In this document: positions 47,216-57,043 of the stretch, in pieces
How the letters are laid out: each line of letters starts with the position of its first letter
Position numbering within the stretch: position 1 is the first letter of the stretch
Program-made: the position numbers and the translations under genes
The notes under the pieces: generated by a model
What the model was told of the DNA's origin: nothing
The model's database searches: none
What the model saw: the letters and a program-made list of their open reading frames with translations, nothing else
Origin: a virus
DNA: 64,000 nt
Direction: 5' to 3' (one strand)
Virus record (IMG/VR): IMGVR_UViG_3300034101_003795
Span: 1-64,000 of that record

Positions 47216-49079
47216 CTTTAACACCTTTCTGTAAAAAGTCTGATATAAACATTATTTTATCTAACATAGCAACGCCAAGAATATCAAATTTAACAACACC
47301 TATAGTCTCCAAATCTTCCATTTCCATACCAGCGATTCTGGTTTTGGTTTTTGAATCATAAACCATTGGACAAATAGTTGACAAATCCGAGTCTGCTATA
47401 ACTACTCCTGCCGCGTGTTTGGATTGGTTGACTTTAGTGCCTTCTAATCTAATAGCCTGTTCAAATCTTTTTGCAAGTGGTCCTTGTAATTCATTATTTT
47501 CGTCAATGAAGCACCAATCTTTGAGCTTGTCTGATTGATTCTCCAAAGCCCATCGTATAATAGAAGCGTCTCCTGTTTCATCTTTCATTTCTTGCAATTC
47601 ATCTGCAATCTTAGCTTCGTCAGGAATATTTTTGGTAATATTATTCATTTCCTCAAAGCTTACGTTTCCATAAACTCTAAGAACGTCCTTAATAGCTCCT
47701 CTACCCTTAATGGTATTAAAAGTGACCATTTGTGAAACTTGACTATCTCCATATTTATCTTTAATATAAGAAATAACGTTTTCTCTTTTATTAATAGGAA
47801 CGTCAACATCAATATCTGGCATACTTACTCTATCTTTAGTATTTCTTCCAGAATTATAGAATCTGTCAAAAATTAAACCATAATCTATAGGATTAATTCC
47901 AGTAATACCTATTAAGTAAGAAACTAAACAGCCAGCAGCACTACCTCTTCCTGGTCCCGGAAGCCACCCATTATTCTTAACATAGTTCACAATATCTTGA
48001 ACAATTAAAAAGTAACTGGATAGTCCAGCCCCTTGTAAAATATCAAGCTCATATTTAATACGATCTATATATTGAGATTGACTATCTTTTGGTATAATAT
48101 TTTGAATTTTATTTCTCCAACCATTTCGACACAACTGTCTTAAATATTCATCTGGAGATTCGCAATTAAAAGGAGGTAGTCTTGGTCTGCTGCCAATATC
48201 ATATATATCACACATCGCAGATACTAACTGAGTGTTCTCTATCTCTTCTTCTGTATGTAATAGTGTCATTTCTTCCTGCGAAAGAATATGATAGTTGTCC
48301 GATGTGAAGAAACACCCCATGGGAACATCTAGTCCAGAATTAATCTTTCTGCTAATTTCTGGCATAGTTGTTTTTAAATTATTACATAATAATATTCTTT
48401 GATCAGAAGCGTCTTCTTTATTTGAATAGTGAGCATCTGGAGTACAAATTATTTTAGTATTAGTTAATTTTCCCAATTCTCTAATAGTTTCGGTTAGTTG
48501 TTGTTGAATAGGAATATTATCTTTATCCATTAATTGAGATTCTAAAAAGAAATTATCATTACCAAATATTTCTTTTAATTTAGATATAAGAGGTATCGCT
48601 ATGTTTTTCCAGTCTGGATCTATAGTATTATTGACAATAATCTTGTCAGCAATCAGGGATCCAAGATGGCCGCATATACCTATCATATTGCCGTCACAAA
48701 ACCTTCCAAGGTTCTCTAGATCGATCCTGGGCTTGTGATAATAAAAGTCTGGCCTGTTGCACTCTGAAACTAAACGGATCAAATTGTGCCAGCCAGTTAG
48801 ATTTTTGGCCAAAACAATAAAATGGCTCAATTCTTTGTTTGACTTGTCCTTATAGGTCGCGTCATCAGATATGTAAAGTTCACAACCTAATATTGGCTTA
48901 ATACCAGCTTTTGTCATTTCTCTATGAAACTTGATTGATCCAGCTATGTTGCCATGATCCGTCAAAGCACACGATGTTGCTCCAATTTCTAGACACCTAT
49001 TGGCTATCTGAGACGGTTTTGATAGACCATCCAAAAGACTATACATTGAATGACAATGTAATGGATTATATTTTTTCAT
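47202..49079 (-). CDS. dnaE: DNA polymerase III alpha, N-terminal fragment (PHP, palm, thumb)
   Basis: LHCHSMYSLLDG, TDHGN, PDAHY, GPGRGSAAGCLVSY, MPDIDVD, SKHAAGVVI, VKFDILG, then stop. Confidence 0.95.
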   Translation of the reverse strand: MKKYNPLHCHSMYSLLDGLSKPSQIANRCLEIGATSCALTDHGNIAGSIKFHREMTKAGIKPILGCELYISDDATYKDKSNKELSHFIVLAKNLTGWHNLIRLVSECNRPDFYYHKPRIDLENLGRFCDGNMIGICGHLGSLIADKIIVNNTIDPDWKNIAIPLISKLKEIFGNDNFFLESQLMDKDNIPIQQQLTETIRELGKLTNTKIICTPDAHYSNKEDASDQRILLCNNLKTTMPEISRKINSGLDVPMGCFFTSDNYHILSQEEMTLLHTEEEIENTQLVSAMCDIYDIGSRPRLPPFNCESPDEYLRQLCRNGWRNKIQNIIPKDSQSQYIDRIKYELDILQGAGLSSYFLIVQDIVNYVKNNGWLPGPGRGSAAGCLVSYLIGITGINPIDYGLIFDRFYNSGRNTKDRVSMPDIDVDVPINKRENVISYIKDKYGDSQVSQMVTFNTIKGRGAIKDVLRVYGNVSFEEMNNITKNIPDEAKIADELQEMKDETGDASIIRWALENQSDKLKDWCFIDENNELQGPLAKRFEQAIRLEGTKVNQSKHAAGVVIADSDLSTICPMVYDSKTKTRIAGMEMEDLETIGVVKFDILGVAMLDKIMFISDFLQKGVKDEIS

Positions 49080-50122
49080 TCCGCACTTCCTGGAGCTTTA
49101 TATTTACCAAATGAATGATTTTCTGCCTTATATTCTGATACTACAGTATCCATTCCTTTTACCTCAATATCATGTTTAATTTGTTCACACTTTGTCATGA
49201 ATGTGTCTTTTTTACAACATTGACTGTCTCTATATTCTATTACTGGCAATATGCTGTTATGGTCTTGAAAATCGCTTTTGCCAAAATGACATAATTTATT
49301 GCACATCCATGTTTTATTTAGTCTTGGTTTTTGTGTTTGTCTTATGATCTCAAATTTCTTTTGTAGCATTTGCTCTGTTCTTTGCAAATCGCTTTTATCA
49401 AATAAAATTGAGAAAGGGCCTCCATCATTAATAAAGTATATTGTTATCATAACACTATCATATTCAGGATATAATTTGCTAATAGCATAATGATATATCA
49501 ATAACTGAGGATCTGTCTGAAGTTTTTCTGGTGTTTTTTCTTTACCAGTGGCCCAATCTAGTCTTCGTCCTGTTTTCCAGTCGATGACCTCGATTGTATT
49601 ATCGCTGGCCTTGGTGATTAAGTCAATAGTGCCTTTTAGTCCAAGATAGCCTTGCAGTTTACCTTCGGGTGTGTCAAAAGAATATTTTGCCCAAGGCTTT
49701 TTAATTTCAAAATCAAAATGTTGTTCTGGACATAATATTTCTCTATTCCTAGGATCAAAAGCTCCGTCATGATATGATATGGCTTTATTAACCCAGTTAT
49801 GACAATCCTTATAATCTTTTACTTCCCAAGTATGATGAGAGAATTGACTAGTATAATACTTATATGTTTTTTCTATAATAGTATTTAAACTATATTTTTT
49901 CGTATATACTTTACCTATAACATCATCTTCAAAAGAATCTATTCCGTCTTGTTCGCTCTTTTTTATTATTGCTAGAATTTCTAAGGCTTTATGACATATA
50001 GTTCCTTTATCAGCCTTTTTATTAGATGGTCCTCTCATACCGAGCACATATTCTATAAAATATTGTTGTTCACACATATTATGTGTGTTGAAAGAACTGC
50101 TTCTAAAATATGTGGTTATAAT
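49076..50122 (-). CDS. PD-(D/E)XK exonuclease, Cas4/RecB-like, with Cys ligands
   Basis: SSS......CEQQY..YVLG, GTICHKALE, EQHF, KGTIDL, IDWKTG, QL.IY, CNKLC..C; frame extends to ATT at 50122 behind AAAGGA. Confidence 0.8.
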   Translation of the reverse strand: MITTYFRSSSFNTHNMCEQQYFIEYVLGMRGPSNKKADKGTICHKALEILAIIKKSEQDGIDSFEDDVIGKVYTKKYSLNTIIEKTYKYYTSQFSHHTWEVKDYKDCHNWVNKAISYHDGAFDPRNREILCPEQHFDFEIKKPWAKYSFDTPEGKLQGYLGLKGTIDLITKASDNTIEVIDWKTGRRLDWATGKEKTPEKLQTDPQLLIYHYAISKLYPEYDSVMITIYFINDGGPFSILFDKSDLQRTEQMLQKKFEIIRQTQKPRLNKTWMCNKLCHFGKSDFQDHNSILPVIEYRDSQCCKKDTFMTKCEQIKHDIEVKGMDTVVSEYKAENHSFGKYKAPGSAE

Positions 50123-50703
50123 GGTAGTATTCCTTTATTTTGTAAAAAATCATAAATTAATTTATTTTGTTCTTCAATCGTAAGTTCTTTATTGTCTATT
50201 ATCAAATCAAAATTATTCTGATCATAGTTTTCAGGATCTAAAGCTATTTCACTAGCATGATTAGAATGATAAAGATTCCTACATAGTTTAATAACTATTC
50301 CACCACTATTCTTAATTGCTTCTACTTCATTTGGAAATCTACAATCAGCAATCAAAGATAATGGATGTTGATCTTTATTAATAGTTCTAATTGTAGCACT
50401 CGCCCACACATTATGCTGCATGGTTCTGAACATCTCTGTCCCAACTAATTGAAGAACCTCTCTGGCGGAAAGTTGTTTATTGTTCCAATAACAGTCAACC
50501 AATTCATTTTTTTGATCATCTGTTCCATAGCATTGGTCATATGTTAAACCAAAAATACTGATACACATCATCTTAAGAGGATCAGCAAAATTATAGACTT
50601 TTGCATTACCTAGTTTATTATCTAAGAAAATTTTTGTAACGAATTCCGCACATGTTGTTTTTCCAGACTGTTTTCTTCCTGCGAACGCTATTATTTGTGT
50701 CAT
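50116..50703 (-). CDS. Deoxynucleoside monophosphate kinase
   Basis: AFAGRKQSGKTT, FADPLK, REVLQLVGTE, DCRFPNE, HASE. Confidence 0.9.
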   Translation of the reverse strand: MTQIIAFAGRKQSGKTTCAEFVTKIFLDNKLGNAKVYNFADPLKMMCISIFGLTYDQCYGTDDQKNELVDCYWNNKQLSAREVLQLVGTEMFRTMQHNVWASATIRTINKDQHPLSLIADCRFPNEVEAIKNSGGIVIKLCRNLYHSNHASEIALDPENYDQNNFDLIIDNKELTIEEQNKLIYDFLQNKGILPL

Positions 50704-51848
50704 AAAAATCTCTTTATCTGATTATTAATTTCTTCTTTAGTCATTTCGGCAACATCTGATTTCGTAATAGAAATTCTTTTTACCTTATATGTATTTTTAC
50801 ATTTTTCTTCAATTATTTTGGCTGCTTTATCACCAGCGTCATCATTATCGGTAAGAATAATAATATTCATAGCTCCTGACCCATCTAAAAGTATCTTTTG
50901 TCTATCACTTAATGAAGACCCAAACATAGCAACACTATTATGTATTCCTTCTTCTTCTAATCTCCATACATTGCCAGGGCTTTCTACAAGAATAACCTGA
51001 GAACTATCTAAGATAGAGTCTTTAGCAAACCAAAAATTATACAAGTGGTTTTGACTTTTAAAGTCTTTATTATGTTTCCACTTACAATATTTCCATAGTT
51101 CTTCTGATCTTGGACAATCTTCTGCGTGGTCATGATAATGTTTACACTTGCTACATTTCTCATAGACACTTCTTCCAGAACATCCTACTACATATTTGTA
51201 AGTTATATCATATATAGGAACAACAGCCCTACCATACATTTCTTTATTTTTGTTTGAGCAGGTTCCAACGTCGTATCTATCTAAGATCTCAGACCCAAAA
51301 GACCTATCAAGAAAATATTTACTTGGTATAGAGAGTGATTTTCTAACAATTTTTCTAGTGATATCTTTATTATGTGTCTCATTATTGTTTTTAGTAATAT
51401 TATTTACAATATTTAAGAATTTCTTTTTCTCGATTTCATCATTAGATATTTTTATATCGTCAAGATTCTCATTTAAAAACTCTTCAACAAAAGACATTGT
51501 ATCATTAAAAGATATTGAAGAGTCTCCATTTTTACTCCAATTATTTTTTTTATTAGATAACACGCCTCTTATAAAACCAATGATAGAAGATTTAAATGTT
51601 TTCTCGCATCCATGAGTTCTACATTTCCAATTTCCTCTATAGGCATCCCCAGTAGGATATAGATTAAATGCAGACATATTATCGCCATCATGTATGGGAC
51701 ACGGCCCCACAAACATTTTACCATTTTGTTTTAATTCAGATATTCCTAAAGTTAATAGTAGTGATTCAAAATTATCACATAGTTTATCACATATAACTTT
51801 TAGTTCATGCTGATTATATGAACGGGATATTTTGGTCATCATTGTCAT
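50700..51848 (-). CDS. dnaG: DNA primase (Zn finger plus TOPRIM)
   Basis: CPIHDGDN...WKCRTHGC; GRAVVPI...GCSGR; LVESPGNVW; LTDNDDAG. Confidence 0.88.
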   Translation of the reverse strand: MTMMTKISRSYNQHELKVICDKLCDNFESLLLTLGISELKQNGKMFVGPCPIHDGDNMSAFNLYPTGDAYRGNWKCRTHGCEKTFKSSIIGFIRGVLSNKKNNWSKNGDSSISFNDTMSFVEEFLNENLDDIKISNDEIEKKKFLNIVNNITKNNNETHNKDITRKIVRKSLSIPSKYFLDRSFGSEILDRYDVGTCSNKNKEMYGRAVVPIYDITYKYVVGCSGRSVYEKCSKCKHYHDHAEDCPRSEELWKYCKWKHNKDFKSQNHLYNFWFAKDSILDSSQVILVESPGNVWRLEEEGIHNSVAMFGSSLSDRQKILLDGSGAMNIIILTDNDDAGDKAAKIIEEKCKNTYKVKRISITKSDVAEMTKEEINNQIKRFL

Positions 51849-53280
51849 TTGTTATATTAAATCCATTTGTTTTACTATTTTTGGTTATATTATTAGAAAT
51901 TTCTAATTTGGTTCTTCCTTCTACTATTTTAGCACACCACCCCTTCATGTGACAATTAATATAATCATTATCGTCTAATCCTCCTCCGTGCCTACTGATT
52001 AAAGGAACCAATTTTCTATTTCCTTCATTTGGTCCATCTTCTGCTATTTCTTCTTCGCTCTTCTTTTTGAAAATACTAAAATTACTACACAACCAAATGA
52101 TTCTATCAGAACCGCTTGCTGTATCTGTACTTTCTTTATTGATACCGTCTCTATTTAATTGAACAAAAGCAACAACAGGCACTTTATATCTGGTAGCAAA
52201 ATTATGTAAACTAGTCATCATGAATCCAAGAACCTGATATTCTTTTAGATCTTGACTCATTCCAGCACTATCCATTAGTTTTAAATAGTCATAAAATATT
52301 ACACATGGTTTTGCGGACCCATCATCATTTAAACCAACCTCCTTAACTATCCATCTTCTCATGATAGACAATTGTTCTTCAAATGGTTTTCCTGCAATAC
52401 TTTTATAAAATAGTTTAGTATTTTTTAATTCTTGAACCGCTTTTATAACTTTATTATTCTTATCTTGAGATTGAGAGAACTTACCAGTTTCAATATGATT
52501 AATCTCTGTCTCTGTCATCATAGCTAAAATTCTATTAATATGATCTTCTTTTGTCATTTCTGTATCCATATTTAATACAGGAATATTTTGTTTAGCTATA
52601 TTAAAACCCATATTATCTGATAATAGTGTTTTGCCTGTCTTTGGTCTGGCCGCTATTACATTAACTGTGCTTTTTCTTAAACCACCACCAATGGCTTGAT
52701 CATATACAGGAAACCCTGTTGGAATACCAACTTGATCTATTGGATTATTAATTAATTGATTTATATAATCATCAATATCTGATCCTATAGCAACAGGATT
52801 TGATTCACTATCATTAATTAAAGAAGTAAAATCAAAAACAGTATCTTCCGCAATAGATATAATAGAAGTTATTGGTTCACTACCATTTATATCTAACAGT
52901 TTAGATTTTGCATTTTCTAGTTGTTCATGCAATAATCTCGCTATTTGTAATTTTCTAATCTTTGCTGCAAATTTTGGAATGTTGTCCTTATTTACAGGAA
53001 AATCCATTATTGCTCTGAGATGCTGAGTCTCTTCTTTTTTAGAAAGAATTTGTGATACACCCAATTCCTGAGCAATAGAATAAATGGATGCTATATCTAT
53101 GGTTTTTGTTTGTCTTTCACAAAGCTCTTTTAAGCACTTGAATATGATAGCATTACTATCTATAGTAAATGATGTTTCTTGAAGTATATCTGCTATGTCT
53201 AGATATACATCTTCTCCATATCTATAGATACCAGATAGAACTGCTCTTTCAGCAGATGGATCGGCTAAAACTGTAGGCAT
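51814..53280 (-). CDS. dnaB: Replicative DNA helicase
   Basis: AERAVL, GIPTGF..YD...GG, AARPKTGKT, DTEM, YDYLKLM, QLNRDG, RHGG. Confidence 0.93.
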   Translation of the reverse strand: MPTVLADPSAERAVLSGIYRYGEDVYLDIADILQETSFTIDSNAIIFKCLKELCERQTKTIDIASIYSIAQELGVSQILSKKEETQHLRAIMDFPVNKDNIPKFAAKIRKLQIARLLHEQLENAKSKLLDINGSEPITSIISIAEDTVFDFTSLINDSESNPVAIGSDIDDYINQLINNPIDQVGIPTGFPVYDQAIGGGLRKSTVNVIAARPKTGKTLLSDNMGFNIAKQNIPVLNMDTEMTKEDHINRILAMMTETEINHIETGKFSQSQDKNNKVIKAVQELKNTKLFYKSIAGKPFEEQLSIMRRWIVKEVGLNDDGSAKPCVIFYDYLKLMDSAGMSQDLKEYQVLGFMMTSLHNFATRYKVPVVAFVQLNRDGINKESTDTASGSDRIIWLCSNFSIFKKKSEEEIAEDGPNEGNRKLVPLISRHGGGLDDNDYINCHMKGWCAKIVEGRTKLEISNNITKNSKTNGFNITNDNDDQNIPFI

Positions 53281-53287
53281 ATTTTAT

Positions 53288-53683
53288 TTAACCATTTGAT
53301 GATGAACACTTGTTACATTTATATCTGTCTGCTGAGTCTGGTAAAATGGCTGGATTTATAGATTCCTTTTTACCACAAACCCTACAAGCAACTTTTATTG
53401 GTTCATACTCTCTATTTCTTTTTGTTGGTGGGTGGCAACATAGTTTTTTATCTATTTCAACATCAGATTTATGCATATTCATTTCTGGCATTTCAAGAAA
53501 TTTATTATAAGCTTCTTCCTGCTTACTGCTTCTTGTTTTTGTCTTAATATTATTATTAAGTTTTGGCTGTTTGTTCTTCTTTGTTTTTTCTGGTTTTACG
53601 GTGGTCTCTTCTTTTGGTAAAAGACCCTGTAGTAAAGTTATAAGCTGCTTAATTTGTTCTGGATTAGATATATCAGGTTCCAT
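53288..53683 (-). CDS. Hypothetical protein with C-terminal Zn ribbon
   Basis: CRVCG...YKCNKC. Confidence 0.6.
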   Translation of the reverse strand: MEPDISNPEQIKQLITLLQGLLPKEETTVKPEKTKKNKQPKLNNNIKTKTRSSKQEEAYNKFLEMPEMNMHKSDVEIDKKLCCHPPTKRNREYEPIKVACRVCGKKESINPAILPDSADRYKCNKCSSSNG

Positions 53684-54161
53684 GTTTCACCTTAGTCCTT
53701 TGTACAGAGAGTATGATGTCCGATAGGTTCTTAACACTATTAGCTAAGTAACTAAGCCTATCCATGCGTTGATGAGCGTATTTTTTAATTTTATTCAAGT
53801 TAGTGGCTTTATCATTATGTTTTATGGCCTGCAATGATTTCTCTACGAAGCCATATCCTTTATAATTATTTATTTCATCTGCTATTGTTTCTTTAATACT
53901 CTCTTCAGCCCAGTTATGCCTAGCTATTTCTCTATTAAGTGTTCTTTGTAGGAAAAATGCGTATTGTGCAAGTCGATATGATATTTGAGCACAATCTTCT
54001 GGTGTCAATTTCTCTACCATATCCCTACTCATTGTAAAATAATTGTTTAGTTCGGTTTCTGTAAAACTATGAACTTCTGAATACTGTCCTAAACCTATTG
54101 ATGATTCGTACTCATCTAGGATCTTATCCCAATGATCCACCTGTTCTTTAGTTGTTGACAA
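53673..54161 (-). CDS. Helical coiled-coil protein, possibly a UvsY-like recombination mediator
   Basis: TTG start after GGAGA; all-helical; two genes downstream of recA. Function inferred from context only. Confidence 0.35.
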   Translation of the reverse strand: MSTTKEQVDHWDKILDEYESSIGLGQYSEVHSFTETELNNYFTMSRDMVEKLTPEDCAQISYRLAQYAFFLQRTLNREIARHNWAEESIKETIADEINNYKGYGFVEKSLQAIKHNDKATNLNKIKKYAHQRMDRLSYLANSVKNLSDIILSVQRTKVKHGT

Positions 54162-54552
54162 TGCTATTTCTCCATTCTGTTTCATTATTATATGGTAGTG
54201 ATATATATTTTATATTATTAATTTCACACCATTCTTGTTTTTCCCTATCTCTTTTTTGTGATTTTAAAAAGTTCAATATGTTTGAATGATAAAATGGCAC
54301 AAACTTATAGTGTTGTTCTCCATGAACCTCAAAACAAGTTTTCTTTAATGGAAGATAAAAATCTAAATAAAGAGTTTCATTTCTTCTTAGTTGTATTGGT
54401 ACTTCTTCTAGTATCTGTAAAGTAGGATAAATTTCAGTTATAAGATTTCTTACGGTTAGATGATATGATGATTTATTAACAACTTTACCTTTTGACATAT
54501 TACCAGTTAATAACCAATTATGATTATTACCATCCAGATCTTTAATCAGCAT
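54148..54552 (-). CDS. DUF559/Vsr-like PD-(D/E)XK endonuclease
   Basis: ILEEVPI...LYLDFYLP....FEVHGEQHY...RDREKQEWCE.NNI. Confidence 0.75.
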   Translation of the reverse strand: MLIKDLDGNNHNWLLTGNMSKGKVVNKSSYHLTVRNLITEIYPTLQILEEVPIQLRRNETLYLDFYLPLKKTCFEVHGEQHYKFVPFYHSNILNFLKSQKRDREKQEWCEINNIKYISLPYNNETEWRNSIVNN

Positions 54553-55559
54553 TTTAATCCCATAGTTGTTTTAATATTTTTTACTAGATCAGTATATGCT
54601 GATTCATTTTCTAATAAATATTGTCTAACCTTTTCGCTTCCTTGAAATTTTGGCTTGTCTGGTAGTCCTGTTAGAGTATACCAAGCCCCGCCTTTGTGTA
54701 TCAATCCCATATCAGATGATAGTGTAATGGCTTCCATGTATTTGTCAACCCCCTGACCATAACGAATATAACTCGTAATCTGTCCACCGGGAGGACCAAG
54801 TGCTGAACATATAACTTGCCATTCTATCTCTTGTCCTATTTGTGTACTATCGGCACTAAGTGTCCAGGGCTTAAATGTTTTTGCTCGTAATTTAATATCT
54901 GTCTGATACGCAATAGCCTGACCACTCTTCTCTTTAAATTCTGCACCATAACCAGTAGGATTACCCATTAAATGAGTAATACCAATAACAATATTCTTAT
55001 TTACAGGAATTACATTAGCAACCTTACGACAGAATTTAGCTAATAACTTTGCCCCATCTGCTCGTTGCATCTTATCCATATCGCTAGTAATTTCAGCTTC
55101 TGTGCATAATGCAGAATATGAGTCTATGATTAATAAACTTCCTGGTATTTCATTAATAATTTTCTCTGCTATTTGAAGATACTCTTCCGCATGAAGAATC
55201 TTACCTTGTTGAGACCCTATAACATGAAATCTATCTAAATTTAACCCTGGTATTCCTTCTAGGTCTCTTTTTTTCAATCTACCTTCAATATTTAGATAGT
55301 ACACTTCTCTTGGATCTTTTAAGTCTCCTTGATATTCTGGCTTCTGTGCTGTTGCTGCGAAATCCAATGATGTTGTGGTTTTTCCACATTTGGGCTGTCC
55401 AGTTAATACAACAAAACTACCTTCTGGAATTCCACCGTTCAATATAATATCAAGCGATGGACTAACTGGTATAACGACACTTTTCTTGTCTACAATAGCA
55501 TTTCCAGTTAATATAATATCGTCTCCAAAACTTTTAACAACGTCCTCTTTTAAACTCAT
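54546..55559 (-). CDS. recA: RecA/UvsX-like recombinase
   Basis: SLDIILNGGIPEG, GQPKCGKTT, IIDSYSAL, SGQAIAY, LIHKGGAWY..KFQG.E. Confidence 0.9.
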   Translation of the reverse strand: MSLKEDVVKSFGDDIILTGNAIVDKKSVVIPVSPSLDIILNGGIPEGSFVVLTGQPKCGKTTTSLDFAATAQKPEYQGDLKDPREVYYLNIEGRLKKRDLEGIPGLNLDRFHVIGSQQGKILHAEEYLQIAEKIINEIPGSLLIIDSYSALCTEAEITSDMDKMQRADGAKLLAKFCRKVANVIPVNKNIVIGITHLMGNPTGYGAEFKEKSGQAIAYQTDIKLRAKTFKPWTLSADSTQIGQEIEWQVICSALGPPGGQITSYIRYGQGVDKYMEAITLSSDMGLIHKGGAWYTLTGLPDKPKFQGSEKVRQYLLENESAYTDLVKNIKTTMGLKC

Positions 55560-55966
55560 TCTAGTTCCTTTAATTTAGATAATATAGATTTTTTATTTGA
55601 CGAATTATTTAGAAATTTCTTATCTTCAGATCTATCAAACTCTACAGATACGTTTTGATTTTGATTTTCTAAAATCTCAGTTTGGTTATCTATGATAGCT
55701 ATAAGGTGCGGTGCTCGCAAAGAAAAGATTCTTTCAGCTTCTTTAGTCTTCAAAGCTTTAATTATAGCAATTTCTGGATATTTTTTTATTAACTTATTAG
55801 CTGTTGCAATCTGGTCTCTATAAAATTTTGACCAAGTAGGATTGGTCCAGAATCTATAGTGTAAATCTTTCTTATCTATCCTAGCCTTATTCTCACAAAT
55901 AATTTCCGTTATATACTGAGCCGCCGATACTTCCTTACCATTCGAATATTTTGATGGATATTTCAT
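55556..55966 (-). CDS. Hypothetical protein
   Basis: Operonic ORF with ATGA overlaps. Confidence 0.6.
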   Translation of the reverse strand: MKYPSKYSNGKEVSAAQYITEIICENKARIDKKDLHYRFWTNPTWSKFYRDQIATANKLIKKYPEIAIIKALKTKEAERIFSLRAPHLIAIIDNQTEILENQNQNVSVEFDRSEDKKFLNNSSNKKSILSKLKELE

Positions 55967-56295
55967 TTCTTCTTCATTTGAAAGATAGAATTCTTTGTTG
56001 TCCTAGATATTGGTTGTTGTATAGTCTTTTTAAAAGCATCATTTACTTCAGACGCTGATTTAGTCATTATTGATACATTTTTGGTTCCCTTGCCACTTGT
56101 TTCCATTATCATTAAATCTTTACTATTTGTTCTTGATGAGGTAGTTCTTATATTATTTTGCTTATCTTTTACTGGCTTGGGCATATGCTTCTTGACTTCT
56201 GTTAATTTTATACCCAGCTCTTTAGCAATTTCTTTTTGCTCAATTCCTTGATTTACTAAATACAAGATTGCATATTTTGTAGTATTATTATTCAT
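55963..56295 (-). CDS. Putative HTH DNA-binding protein
   Basis: QGIEQKEIAKELGIKLTEVKK; start at 56295 after AAAGGGA. Confidence 0.55.
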   Translation of the reverse strand: MNNNTTKYAILYLVNQGIEQKEIAKELGIKLTEVKKHMPKPVKDKQNNIRTTSSRTNSKDLMIMETSGKGTKNVSIMTKSASEVNDAFKKTIQQPISRTTKNSIFQMKKK

Positions 56296-56666
56296 GTTAA
56301 TTCCCTTTCGGCATTGTTTAGCCATGCTAGATTTTTTGTTCTTAAAAAGTTTAAATACATATTGAATACTTTACTATTCACCTTAGTAAAATTATATTCT
56401 TGTTTACCCACTTTAGATAGGAATTTATTTGATTTTCCTTCTGAGTATAAGCCTATTGGATTATATACTTTTCCGTGCAAGCCTATTTTTAAATAGTATT
56501 GCTCGGTATCTGTGCCTTTGATATAGGCTAAGCATTTTTTTTCATCATCGGTTAGTGGATTTCCTGCCATATCGATATCATCATGCTGGCCAAAAAGGGT
56601 ATATCTTCTATAAGTACTTTTGGCTTCTTGTTTATCTGGATTTATTTTGAATACATCATTTTCCAT
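56292..56666 (-). CDS. Hypothetical protein
   Basis: Operonic ORF with AGGAGA RBS. Confidence 0.6.
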   Translation of the reverse strand: MENDVFKINPDKQEAKSTYRRYTLFGQHDDIDMAGNPLTDDEKKCLAYIKGTDTEQYYLKIGLHGKVYNPIGLYSEGKSNKFLSKVGKQEYNFTKVNSKVFNMYLNFLRTKNLAWLNNAERELT

Positions 56667-57042
56667 TTAGTTTTCTCCTTTTTTTACCTTGAGTCCCAGG
56701 CCATTTTACCTTTTCTTTTTTGCTTACTCTGCTCATGCCAGATGGTAGATCTTTAAGCTCTTTAGTATCGTACTTGTATTCATTATGTTTCATATTTAAA
56801 GCAGTTAATTGATCTTCACTCATCCTATCTCTGTTTCTGTTTGCTAAGTCTCCGAGTGTTTTTAGTTCAGTATCGCATTTCCTAACAGATGTGCTTTGTG
56901 TCGCAACATCTACAATATATCGTCTAGTAGTTTGATCTGATCCACAATTATCACAATTTGGAGTAGAATTATAGTCTTTTATATAAAAGAATAATTCAAA
57001 ATCATGATTACATTTGGTACAATTATAGGAATATGTCGGCAT
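56656..57042 (-). CDS. FmdB-family zinc-ribbon protein
   Basis: MPTYSYNCTKCNHDFE...CDNCGS. Confidence 0.8.
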   Translation of the reverse strand: MPTYSYNCTKCNHDFELFFYIKDYNSTPNCDNCGSDQTTRRYIVDVATQSTSVRKCDTELKTLGDLANRNRDRMSEDQLTALNMKHNEYKYDTKELKDLPSGMSRVSKKEKVKWPGTQGKKRRKLNGK

Positions 57043-57043
57043 G

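Noticed and set aside
49076-50122. CRISPR-Cas system (Cas4-like gene)
   Set aside because: No repeat-spacer array or other cas genes seen; stand-alone Cas4/RecB-like nucleases are common in phage replication modules.
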